Shown here piece by piece: positions 37,901 to 50,154 of a stretch of 64,000 nt of DNA. Every line of letters starts with the position of its first letter. Position 1 is the stretch's first letter. Made by a program: the position numbers and the translations under genes. This stretch comes from Leptogorgia sarmentosa. Lineage: Eukaryota. The DNA is taken from NCBI GenBank assembly GCA_964658305.1, contig OZ210885.1, positions 25,234,001 through 25,298,000 of the forward strand, in the 5' to 3' direction. The notes below the pieces were generated by a model that saw only the letters and a program-made list of their open reading frames with translations, had not been told where the DNA came from and made no database searches.

Positions 37901-40157
37901 AGCTTCTCAAAAAATCGCAGTGCACATTCACGGACGTGATTTGGGATCCACCTTACTGGGTGAATCTGGCAGTAGAAGATGTACTCGAAGGAAAAATTGG
38001 TCAATCAAAAGAATTTTTGAAACGGTTAATCGCTAGAAGCGCAAGTATTCACCAAATATTTCAAAGGGGAAAGAATCTGGCTCAGGCTAAAAATAAAGCA
38101 GAAACTATGAATTGCAAACTTCAGTTAACAAGCCGCACCTGTGCAACGCGTTTCGCCACGTCGCAGATTCACGAGTTTCGAAAACTTATCTCTTCAGCTC
38201 ATGTGTACATGGCAACTTACGAAGAATATCGTAAAAATGATCCCAAATTCGAGTTAAAAAGATGGGAAATCTGTGGACAGGATTTCGTTGCGGACATGTG
38301 TGGTTGCGTCGACGTTTTCTTGCCAATGATAACCCTTCTTGTTGAGTTACAAGGTATCAGTGTTCCTATTTGGAAAGCCTCGGTGTGGATTCCCAAAGTC
38401 ACGGCAGATCTAGACGAACTGACTAAACTATGTATAAATTCGCCTCCTGCAACCTGTTACCATCTGGCCTCTCATGGTAGTGATATCAAAAAGAAAACCT
38501 TTCATGGCCAAAAATTAGTAGACGGCTGGTTGATAGTCGGAATCGAATCCCATTCTTCCGGAGAAGAAAGGTCAGAAATTGTAGAATGGAAGATGCGACA
38601 ACTCCGTGACGTCGAACAAGATCTTCGGAATCTTGCTAAGGACCTATCTATCTCTTTGACAAAACGTTTCGAGAAATGCACGTCGAATATGCAATCTATA
38701 CTTTGTTGCATAGATATTGATTCCATTGTGAATCTACTTGTTGGTGTTCGAAAGGTCAATGGCTACCCATCGCTACTGAAAGAAGAAGAGTTTATCGAAT
38801 TTGGTAGAGAAGATTTCAAAACATTTTTTAACTATATTTGCTCCCTACAACACGTGAAGAATTTAGCTGAGAACCACTTTACTGAATTGAAACTAAAGGG
38901 TGTCTACAGCGATGAGATCCTGGCTAACCTGAAGAACACTTTGAAGGTTATCCTGTGGACACCCAAGCATATCCATATACTATCTCAATGGCTTAAGTTT
39001 ATAACTAAAATAGATAATGGCCAGGTAAGTTACTACAATACATTGTTAATTTGTTTCGTGATGCTACTCTGAGTGTGCGTCCACACCGGGCAGGCTAAAA
39101 AATCAACCTGACCACGGTGGGAATCAAACCCGCGATCGTTGGTTTGCTAGTCCAATGCTCTGCCAACTGAGCTACGAGGTCAAGTCGGTTCGACTCCCTG
39201 CCCGGTGTGGACGCACACTCAGAGTAACATCACGAAACATTGTACACCTGAGTACATTGCACCTTAACAACATTTCATACATTGTTAATTTGTTATCAAT
39301 TGTACTGCGTGTTTTTGGTAAATGACTTTTTGGAAAACCAAAACCTTTTGATATTCTTTAATCGTCAAGGTAAAGGAGTACTCGTTGACAACGGAGTGAG
39401 ACCATCTGGTGAAGTTGATGATGTTTAAACGAATACCATCATCTTACGTTCAAGACAAGTACTATCTTCAAAACCTTTATGAAGCAACATTTCTTATGGA
39501 TGACCAGAAATCAAACACTTTTGTGGTTTGGATTGATGAGAGTGAAGTATACAGGCATGTAATATTTTTTAAGATGAACTATACTATATGAAATTAACAG
39601 AAAATACTGTACAATAGTTGGTTTTGGAATGTTATCTAATATTATACATTTATATTTTACCATAGATCTTTTTACGTCGACGAGGTGGTATCGAAAATGA
39701 TCGGCGTGGAAATGAGCATTGCTGCAGACATTGCACTTGCTCTTGGCAGTACAGAGTCAATTGTCGAATCATTATACTCAGTCATGAAAAGTCAAAGCAT
39801 GGAAGGTGGTCAAAGTAAAAACACTTTAGCTTTGAGGTGTACTGCACTCGCCGTATCATACATTACAGTTGTAATCGTTGTCTAAAATCAAATCGTGTTT
39901 TCTTGTCAAATTGTGAACTGGTCTCATTCCCAAATTTTAGAACAAAAATTGATTGGTTAATGCCCACCGTAAATAAAGCTGATAAGCTTGTTACTGGAAT
40001 TGCACAACTTTATCATGATGGCGATAAAAGTCACAATCTACCCAAACATCGCTGGCCAATCTTAAGCCACAGAGCTACATACGGCCCGGGAAAGGATTTG
40101 AGTAAAGTCATGGCTAAGAAGACCACTGAAGGAGTTCGCTTACCGTTTCTTCTTTAA
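34988..40157 (+). pseudogene. hAT-like DDE transposase, multi-exon, degraded
   Basis: ORF 37345-39072 has LADKST, VLDGQY, WDPPYWVNLA (CxxH position) and TRF. A later exon has TESIVESLYSVMK (catalytic Glu region). Upstream exons carry CQLC and contain stops and frameshifts. Confidence 0.65.
39056..39276. mobile_element. tRNA-derived SINE-like insertion with inverted structure
   Basis: 18-bp TSD ATACATTGTTAATTTGTT (39038-39055, 39277-39294). Minus-strand tRNA-like head with A/B boxes (AGCTCAGTTGG..GGTTTGATTCC). Arms TACTCTGAGTGTGCGTCCACACCGGGCAGG and its inverse. Confidence 0.8.
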
Positions 40158-40235
40158 ATGTTGTTTTGGATATACAGTATACCATTAGTTTTGTAGTTAA
40201 TTTATTACGCGCACATTGTTTTTCAAAATAATGTA

Positions 40236-40854
40236 CCGGGTGTCCCAAAAAAAACTATACCCTGTTTGATTTCATATAGCGTAAAAACTATAAAAGCTAT
40301 TGAGTTGAGATAAACTCCACTGCATGTAGGAAGGGCTAACTTAGATTTTGATATATAACATTAAATTTTCCATGCAATATTGACCAAAATACAAGTGTTT
40401 GAATTTCCAAGGAGTTTTCAAAATTGTAGTCAAAACGTTAAAAATCACTACATCAAACTGAACTGAAAGCAATTACCGCTTACGATGGAATCTTTAATTT
40501 CAGCGATTTTATCTTCAATTCTCTGTCAATCCTTTGATATTCACTTTTAAAACATAAAAATTACAATTAAAGTTGATTCTTACGAATGAAACGAATTAAA
40601 TGAGTTCACATTAAAAGAAAGTTCCGTTGAATTTGATATGCTGTTTTATGCTAATTTTTCAACTTTGCAGAAGTGGTAGTTTAACGCTAAAACGTTAATA
40701 ACTCAGTAAGTTTTGCACGGAAAATCAAATGTTATATATCAAAATCTAAGTTAATACTTCCTGAATACAATGCTTTTTATTTTAGAGTGATAGATTTTAT
40801 AAGTTTTACGCTATATGAAATCAAACAGGGTATAGTTTTTTTTGGGACACCCGG
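40236..40854. mobile_element. Tc1/mariner-type MITE nested in the hAT-like element
   Basis: TIR CCGGGTGTCCCAAAAAAAACTATACCCTGTTTGATTTCATATAGCGTAAAACT and its inverse; TA TSD. Confidence 0.9.
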
Positions 40855-42948
40855 TATATCAGTACATGCAGTACAATGCTGACCATATTATGACACTGTA
40901 CTTACCGTATGGCGACTAAGATGTGTAAGATACTGTTTAATTAGTGTATTGACACAACATTACGGGTATTATCAATTTTAGAGTACACAGCTGCATCATT
41001 GTATGTTTTTTTCTTTCTTTCGCGAGAATTTCAGAGGGTTTGCCTGATTGGGGAGTTCTCTAGACATGACGACATACCAAAACTACTGAACAGCGCGGTA
41101 TGGTCAACTGGAAAGTGGAAATCAGTCTGTTTAGTATAAAGTAGCCTACGTCTTCCGCAGCGGTAACCTCCTGCGGAAGCGAGGACGAACTTTCCACTAT
41201 GGAAAAACAGCAGTCTCGCTTAAAGCTGCATACCGTGCACAGGAACGTACAGCATTACCAGCTAAAAAGTTGTTACAACCCTAAAAATAGTGATTAAATA
41301 TTGAATACATACCTACTACAAAGAATTTAATAATTTCTACAAACCTTTTACAATACTTATGGTAAGCAATAATAAGCACTCAAATGCAAGGTAATCAATA
41401 GAAAGCAAAGAAAAAACTTGCGTCAGTATTGATATTTGAATTCCTATCCTCTCCATCACAACTATGGACAAAAGCATCAACAGCTTCTTGGTCATGGAAA
41501 ACAGTATTACCAAAAAGGGGAGGTCGAGCACTAGAACCTGCTGCTTTCTTACGGCCAATGAAAAGAGCATCCATGGAATCACAAATAGTGCCAACTTCCT
41601 TAAAAATCAAACAATCAATTGAATTAACTTAATTACTATACAATTAAAGCAAGAATACTCCCTACAACTAAGTTATACAAACACTAAACTAATATTAACA
41701 ATTCCTTGCAGTAAGTTGTACATCATTGCAGTATATATCTGGGTACATATAATTATTTAATAAATACCTTTGGGCATTAGGGACAGACATTTCCATCATC
41801 CAACTCATTAACTAAAAATGTCTTTGTTCTTAGTTTATGCCTAAAATATCTTAAATCAAATATTTGAATCAGTTAGTGGACACAATCACAAACCAATGCA
41901 GTTATTTACTCATGGATAAAAGTTTCATACTGTCTTGCACAATTTAACAGATCCAATAAATGCATCCATTTTCAATTTGCGGTATATATACCATAATTAA
42001 ATATGTAATTAAATGGATGGTTAAATTAACTGTTTTCATTAGCATGACAAAATTACTGGATGCTGATCGGTTTAAAAGAAGTACAAATTTTTAATTAATC
42101 ATTTAGACTGAAGTACAATTAATGACTTTGGAACACAAAATAGCAGAAAGGTTGAATTCAAACATAAACAAAGTTGCCATGGAGAAAACAAAACTGCTGT
42201 AGAAAATATGAACAAAGCCTCCAATTGTGGCTTAAAGACAGGTAGGCGTGGAATACAATGTTAACATTGACAGTTATTGCTTACAGGTGCCGGATAAGGT
42301 TTTTTTATGCTGAGGTTGGTAATACGAAATTTTGTCATATTAATAATTAATAAGTAATCAAGCCATGTTGCCCATACAATTAGGGATTATTACAGTACTC
42401 GTGATGTTTGGAAATCTTGCAACATTGGCTCGCTCCAGTGGCTCATCCCAATTTGGCAAAATTTCCAAACATTGCTCATACTTACTAATCCCTAATTATA
42501 TTGTATTAAATAAATACAATAAACATATTAAATGATTATAGTTATCAATTTGCAATTTTGCAATTTACATGAAACATCAACCACTGAACCATGTTAACTG
42601 TTGATCACATACACACCTATACTCTTCGCATGCATCAATTATGATGGGGTATATCTTTTGGTGATCCTAGAAATATTTCAGATTATATTAATTCATATAT
42701 ATATTTTGAGAAATAAACAACTTTATAACTTACAGGGTTACTGGTATACAATTGTGCATGGTGTCAATTTAATACGCACAATGCATGTACCATCAAGTGA
42801 GCTAGTTGTCGAAAGCTGTATAACATAAGGCCTGTTTACACCTGCAACTTTCACAGCAATTTCTAGTGCAATTTTCATGGATGCAAACGAGTTGCCTGTC
42901 ACAAATGTTTAAGTGAGGAACACTGATGAAGCATGCACCCAGCACATA

Positions 42949-43356
42949 AGTACTCAGGTGTAGAATGCTTTGTGATGTTACTCTGAGTGTATATCCACAC
43001 TGGCAAGACTGAAAAATTTGTTTGACCATGGTGGGATTCGAACTGGCAACCTTTGGTTTGCTAGCTAGTTCAATGCTCTACCAACTGAGCTAATCTACTG
43101 AGTGTATAAATCTCCCCGGCGGGGAATCGAACCCCGGTCTCCCGCATGATAGGCGGGGATACTCACCACTATACTACCGACGATTACTACTTGACACAAT
43201 AAACCTCTCATTTTTTTTCAGCTCAGTTGGTACAGCAATGGACTAGCAAACCAAAGGTCACAGGTTTAAATCCCACCTGGTCTGGCGAATTTTTCAGTCT
43301 GCCCGGTGTGGATATACACTCAGAGTAACAGGATGAAGCATTCTACACCTGAGTAC
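42949..43356. mobile_element. Head-to-head pair of tRNA-derived SINE-like arms enclosing a tRNA-Asp copy
   Basis: ~42949-43092 and ~43219-43356 are inverted copies of the family seen at 39056-39276. Confidence 0.7.
43112..43183 (-). tRNA. tRNA-Asp-like gene with ATC anticodon (probable pseudogene)
   Basis: TCGTCGGTAGTATAGTGGTGAGTATCCCCGCCTATCATGCGGGAGACCGGGGTTCGATTCCCCGCCGGGGAG closely matches metazoan tRNA-Asp(GTC). The anticodon is ATC and the acceptor stem has a G-G mismatch. Confidence 0.8.
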
Positions 43357-43438
43357 ACTGAGGGTATGAAGGGTGGTTACCATCAAAATTCAATATCGCA
43401 TTATGCAATTTAAAATTGTCGCATTATCCAATTTCAGT

Positions 43439-43530
43439 GTATTCGGCTGTTTGGTATTCGGCTGTTTAGTATTCGGCTAATCACATTCGCCTGTTTTGTT
43501 ATGTATTCGGCAAAATCGTATTCGGCAAAA
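43439..43530 (+). repeat. Short array of TATTCGGC motifs (probable transposon subterminal region)
   Basis: Five TATTCGGC copies plus one variant in ~90 bp. Confidence 0.6.
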
Positions 43531-46500
43531 GAGCAAGGGCACGGCGGTCCGGTACCAACCCGGTCGACCGGTTATACGAGATTGAGCCACTTGAGTGACT
43601 TGACAACAACACACGCCATTCCCTTCCTCAAAACGTCGCATCTCTTCGTAGTGTGTAGTGCTCATGAATATGGATAATATAAACATAAATAGAGCATGTA
43701 ATTTATTGCGAGAAGCAAGTATTCTTTTGTCCGAGGATTCGTCAAACATCGGAGAAACTGTCCAGCAAGCAGAAACACGGCAAACTCCGGAAGCGGATAC
43801 TCCGAACAATGCCAATGCTGTTATAAATGGCAATGCGCCGAGTAGAAACGCAACAGTTTCGACCCAATCGACCAGTTTCCTTGTCAATTCTAGCAGTGCA
43901 CTGTCGACGTCCAGTTGTACTGTTACCCCAATGAGAAGCCAACAACAGATTATGTCAAATTTTAGGACTCTGTTTAGTCCATACTCGAGACCATCGCCGT
44001 TAGCTTCAACGAGTCGAGCACAGGGTTTACCTTTGCCAGCGAGAAGGCGACCAAAACAGGCGTATATAAGCCCGAGACTTATACGTGTGAGTTCTTTTGT
44101 TTGGCTAGCAGTTCACAAACAACAACACCAAATCGTGAGGAGAAAGAAACGCTTCAACGCGAATGAAAATAAAGTTTGATGCAACAGGCAACCCCAAGAA
44201 ATTCAAAGAAGAGTTGGAGCAAACGTTTCGAAAGCTCATGTGGGGTGGAGGGTTCGAATTACTAAAACGCCTTCCAGGTAACAACTTGGAGGTCATTCAG
44301 CCACCTTCCATTGGATATTCCGTGGGACATTTGAAACGATGTGGAGTTGGCCAATCTATGATATTTGTGAGGCCCATCCAATGTGACCTTGATCTCACAC
44401 CAGAAGATGAATTTTTAGGACAAGATCAAGGAGATTCATCTGAGGTATATACAAGATTACAAATATAACATTGCAGAAAAAAAGAAAACCACTTACCTAT
44501 ATGTGATTTTTCAGTCAAATTTTCAATCATAGATTTTAAAAAAAATTTTAGAATCAGTTTTTGTCTTTGCAGCATACACTATGTTGGGCATATCTCACAA
44601 TGCAACAAAATCCTTTACCCTGTTACCTGTGGGTAACTACTGTTAGTACTGCATGTTTATAGTTTATCCATGAAAAAACATAGTTATCATTTCTGGGGGA
44701 TGTTTCCATCTACATTTTAAGCTCCTGCATTACTATCTTATAGATCTTTGGCTCTATTATTTTTCATACATAGTGTTTTTTTGCAAACCAAAACACTTTT
44801 TGAAATGCTACTGATGCAATATCATAATATATGGTTAAATTGTCAGGCTGCTAAAACTGCTATATATAATTGCTTAAATTTACAGGATTTGGAAAATGCA
44901 CCAAAGGTTGCTTGTTTGGGGTATGGTGCTTCTGTTGCAATAACTGCCATACGAAACCACCAAAATGAATGTGAAAGGTAGGTAATAGAATAATAGCTAT
45001 AACCAAAATTTAAAAAATATCTGAAATTTTGCCTCAAAGGGCAGCTTTTCTGGGGTGTTAAGTGTGGTTAAACCCTTTTGAATTTTAAAGTTTTTTTTTT
45101 TTTTAATTTTTGTTTTAAAGTCAACTTCTCTTACAACAAAGTACAACAAAGAATTCGTTCCATAATGTATGTGTGGGATACCAGAAGGTTACTCATTTAT
45201 TCAGCCCAGGTCCTGCAGCATCAATTGAAGAATTGCCAGCAGAAAATAACTCCCATGATGTAAATAGTCAGGTGTGTAATATAGTAATCTGCTCTAATTG
45301 GCTGGACGTAAATACCCCCAATTTGTAACAACTACCAGTATTATTTTGTTTCATGGTTCCATGTACATTTTTGGCAAAAAAGTGTGTTAAGTTACAATCA
45401 ATTTTACCTTACTTGACAGTACTTATCCCCCAAGAGTTTGTTGAAAAGTTTGCAACTTCCTGACAAAGTTCTTAAATCCATTGCAAAGTTTGTAAACTGG
45501 TTTGTATGCAAAGCATGTAAAAGGTTTTCTCTAATTATCACATTGCATTTGCTCTATTTACAATATTTAATTTATCAGTGAGTGAAGTTTGGACATGTTT
45601 CCATTTCCAGGCATTTGGTCCAGTTTTCGACAGTAAGAAAATATCATACATGTCTATTAACTAAAGTATTGAAGGAAATTTCAACAAAATTCTACTAATC
45701 AAATATTAGCTATTCAAAAAACAACTAATAGATTCAGCTACTGAAATACTAATAATGAATCTGGTACTTTGTTTTGTTCTAATATTACAATAAACTAGAA
45801 AGCATTCATAAAAAATGCGTACCTCCAGCTGCGTTCATATTAAAAACAAAACAAACACACATGCTGTACAAACCCGGATGAAAACTTACTCCTGGCAGAG
45901 GTAATGACTTTAAAAAGTTGTTCCAAATGTTATTGTACAGTGAGTTAATGGTGTGATTTCACAAATTTTCACTTGGTACGTTTCCAAACGTTTTACTCAT
46001 TTTGAAAAAAATAAAAGTAAAGATTGACGTCAATATACTGGTACCATTCAAAAACTGTACAATATACTGCACGGTGCAAAAAAGCAGAGACAAAATATTG
46101 AGTTTAGTCGAACTGCTGTGCAGGGTCTGGGCAACTGTACGCCCCCCTAAAGATATGAATAGTGATTCCAGAAATTATTATTGATATTTGCATGAAATTA
46201 CAAATTACTTACAAATTTGAATCTTGTTAATAATTTAAGGTAACTGATATACGGATGTCATTGACAATGCCAAGAATGCAAGAGGTGTTTCCTGACCACG
46301 ATATGGGAACTCTCCAGTCAGCATTAATCACATCAGATTAATGTAAATCGTGCCAGTAGACTGGTTTTAGGAGGTTAGTTGCTGTTTAACTAATTAGCAA
46401 TGCATACATGTATTCCTCTAGAATGTTGCTAATTTACATGTTTTTTATTTAGATAATGTCAATGGTTCAGATAGTGACTCAGACATTGAAATATTAATGT

Positions 46501-46708
46501 CTACTCCTCTCAGTGCAACACCAAAACATGGCCAGGTCAAATTAACCATGGATATTAATGAACTTATATCACAATTTAAAGAAAAAGCAATTGATGAAAG
46601 TGTTCCTCGCCAGCTCTTTACAGTATGCCGAAGTGATGGCATTGAAGAAATGAAAGGGGATATTTTATCCTATTATAAAAATCCCCAGACAAATCTTCTG
46701 GCAAGAAT

Positions 46709-49700
46709 CAGTGTTCACCAAAGTACTGATATTTTTCACTTAAGTAAAAGTAAAAAGTAATTCCTCAATTTCTACTTAAGTGCAAGTAAAAGTATGATCC
46801 GAAAATTTTACTTAAGTAAAAGTACTACTGATTATTTCTGAAATAAATATAAATTCCAAAATATTAGCAAACTTAAAAATCAAATTACAGTTATAAGGCA
46901 AACATAAAATATTTTGCATTTTGGTACTTCACTTTTATTTATGCTGTTTCAAATATCTAATATCAACATAAAACTTGCATAAAAATCATGCAAAAGAACT
47001 GTTCACTTTGCAAATTAACTGGTTTTCAAAGTTACAGTCATTAATTCTACTTCGGCGAGGTAGAAAGATCTGAGATGCTGCACTAAACAACCTTTCACTA
47101 GCAGCACTAGATGGCATAGCAGTGTTTAACTCAAGAAATATGTCCTTCAGCTGGGGCCACTTTAGAATCTCATTTGCAAACTCAGAAACTGGATAACTTA
47201 AGAAATGTTGTAGCTGTTGCAGGGCATCTGGGCTTTTCTTTTTAGACTTTCTTCCAAACAAATCTTCAGATTCGTCAGGGCAGCTTGTTTCGGTTAGCTC
47301 ATTTGACTCATCTGCATCTGAGGTTGCAGGACAAGGATTGTTTGCAATCTGTTTTTCTATCAAAACTTTCAGGTAATCAGTGCCTAAAACAGAAGTGTGC
47401 CTAATAGAGAATTTTCTAAAACGTTCAGAATTGTGATTACAATCATATTAAAAAGATCAGTAATTATGATATAAGGTAAGGGAAAAAACCTTTATATTTA
47501 ACAAATTGCCCAATGCCCTTTTTAAGTCATTTAACACTAATTATTGAACAACATACCAACTGCAATCAGGTCATTGGGAATAAGCCAATCAGACTTAAAG
47601 TGTGGATGGATCAAACTGGCTGCAAGCAATTTGGGATCTGTCAAACCAAACCTTTTATCTATACCAGCAACAAGGGCTTTAGCAAGAGGTTGGCAGTAGA
47701 TCAACTTGTCTTGACAATTAACCAGTTTTGATCTCAGTCCATACAAAGAAGGAAAAAGATAACCCATAAATCCTTTCTCCTCTGACTGCAGAAGATCAAG
47801 TGTATGTGCAAAAGGTCCCATTACTTTTATATAGTCTTCAAAAAATTCAAGCTCATCAATTGTGAAACTAAACATGACAATAAAAACATGAAGCTATAAA
47901 ACCATATATATATATCCAAGAATTTTGTCCTTGACATTGTAAATCGGCTATACTGTTGTTGGAAACTAGTATTCAATTAAGAAATAAAAATTCTATACAG
48001 TGTTTGAAAAGCTCACAGAATACTAACCTGGGCAAGTCAATCCTTTCACACAATATAGCCAAAGCACGAGGTTCATCCTTGTTTATTTTTACTAGACGTT
48101 GAATTGCCATGTACCTTGAATTCCACCTTGTCTGGTTTGGTTTTACCAGGGCTTGTTTGCATATCTCTAAAACTGCTTCAGCAACTTGAACAGACCGAGA
48201 AGATTTTTTCCAAATTGCCTGTGCTTTAGCTGTTGCTGAGCGATACAACTTTTTGAATTGCGAATTCGATTCCGCGTTTTCTGCATCCTTGGTTGCAATT
48301 AGATTCAATGAGTGGCAGGCACAACGCTGGTGAGGGGGCAATTGCTGATGCACGTTTCTTCGTTGGTCGATGAGTGCTTCCGTAATGGAGACAGGGTGTA
48401 TAAGATCTTCATCAACAGCATCCCCATCTTCCTCATGATTTAAATCTTCAATCACATAACCAAACATACGAAATGCTTTGCCAAAGTTGGAAGCATTATC
48501 CGTTGTAGTGGCAACGACCTTTTTTGCAATACCAAACTCGGTGTGAATTGAGTTGATAGCACCAGCAAGAACATTGTAGCTATGCGAGCCCTGGAGACGT
48601 TCGCAAGACAACGCAGCCCAGCGCCGTGTAATTGTATTTGGATCAATCCAATGCGCAGTCACCCCAATAAACGACCTCCCTCTCATCGACCAGCCATCGG
48701 TTGTAGTTGCGACAAAACTAAGATCACCAAAGATCGATTTTAAGTTCTGGGTAATAGTCGTAGCTAAATCAGCATACCTCCGCTTCAATGTTGACTCACT
48801 CATTACATTAAATTTAGGAGAAATAGCTTTTATAATTCTATTGAAGCTGGGCAATGAAACAAAGCGATACGGCAACAGTCCCTCGATTGCAAAGTCTAAA
48901 ATCATACGATCAATGTCCGCTTGTGCTAACATCTTGTTACGGTTGGAGGCAACGGAGGCATTCATTTCTCGATTTTCTCCTATTTTTAACTGTTTCATGC
49001 ATGGCTGCTCGATATCAGGTGATTGGTTGGGGCCCCTTAGTCTTTTCGTAGAGCTTCGCATACCAGCTGTCAAAGATTTGTAGGTTTTGAGTTCGGAAGG
49101 CTGAACTCGCTGCAATATAGATAAAATATAAATAGCGAATATATAAATATTTTAATATTAATTGTGAGAATAGAATATACTATGCAAACGAAGGTCTGCA
49201 ATATAAAAAAGAAACTTACTTCAACGTGCTTTTGAAAGTTTGATGGAGAATTTTGCGCGGATGATAATACTTTCTGCTTTGGTTGGCAAAGAAGGCACTT
49301 CACATGCGCCGATTTGTCTTTAACGCTGATTATTTCGAATATAGAAGCAAGGTATGGCAAAGGGTGAACTTTCTCGCTAGCAGTACTATCAACATCAATT
49401 ACGGTGTTAGACATATTCACAAATTTGTGGAATTGAACTAAACCCAATAATTTTATTATTTTATTACGGATTTCACCGTTTGAACGAATACTCGCCATAG
49501 TATTCACAGTAAATAAACCGAAAACATGCCGGAAGCAATGGCCGGAAGTGACCGCTGTGACTGAACTATAGTAATAAACTGGACGACTGGACAAGACGAA
49601 ACTGAACAACAATTCTTGAATTCTATCACATGACCGAGGCAGGAAAGGGCCATGAGAAGCAATGTCCAGTGCGCGCTAGAAAATATTTTTACTTCGCAAA

Positions 49701-49866
49701 TAAAACGAAAAGTAACGAAGTAAGAAAGTAAATATTTAACAAAAATTGTACTTCGTTACCAGTAAAAAGTATGTATTCAAAGAAGTACTTCGTTACAAGT
49801 AAATACTCATTTTTGTTACTTAAGTAAAGTAACGAAGTAAATTTACTTCGTTACTGACGAACACTG
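46709..49866 (-). mobile_element. Autonomous-looking hAT (Ac/Tol2-like) transposon
   Basis: CAGTGTTC / GAACACTG termini and TSD GCAAGAAT/GCAAGAAC (46701-46708, 49867-49874). Subterminal AAGTA repeats. Confidence 0.92.
46986..49414 (-). CDS. hAT transposase with BED finger, 4 exons (49414-49220, 49109-48028, 47867-47557, 47383-46986), 661 aa
   Basis: GT-AG junctions give 1986 nt in frame. Motifs CLLC..KH, TTDGWS, TTDNASN, CACH, TRWNS and SSAASERLFS. Confidence 0.9.
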
Positions 49867-50154
49867 GCAAGAACGCGCGTAAGATTTGAAGGAGAAGAAG
49901 GACTAGGAACAGGCCCTGTAAGAGAGTTTCTGCACCATGCAGTTAAATTGGTTGAAGATGGTAACAAACCAATTATTTATTTCGAGGGTCAGGTAGATCA
50001 CAAGATCCCTATTCACAGCCCTGCCGTAAGATGGCTAATAAGTTTAATAATAATAGTTTTTCTCTTAATTGCTTCATGTAAATTAAGTAATTTTACATAC
50101 ATTTTCAATGCTTATTAAGATTCTAGATTTGCCAAAGGAGGAGGTAGTTCCAGA

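Larger units (their letters stand above)
34609..41202 (+). mobile_element. Divergent hAT-like DNA transposon inserted in a KDZ exon
   Basis: Perfect 19-bp TIR CCATAGTGGAAAGTTCGTC (34609-34627, 41184-41202). 8-bp TSD AAAAACAG (34601-34608, 41203-41210). Confidence 0.92.
31621..41840 (-). pseudogene. Intron-rich KDZ (Kyakuja-Dileera-Zisupton) transposase
   Basis: Exons in order: CP*CPK (~41768-41840); SMDALF..RKK (~41420-41600); CNNFLAG..SETAVF joined to GRACRHEFP..LKHGE (41203-41282 + ~34542-34600). Then LYDVAC (~34125-34150); IPIFHVYGH..CQ (~33868-33950); YSPRR..GFGLTDSEVLERLWS (~33370-33460); RCEEEI..L..DM (31621-32343). Stops and frameshifts are present. Confidence 0.85.
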
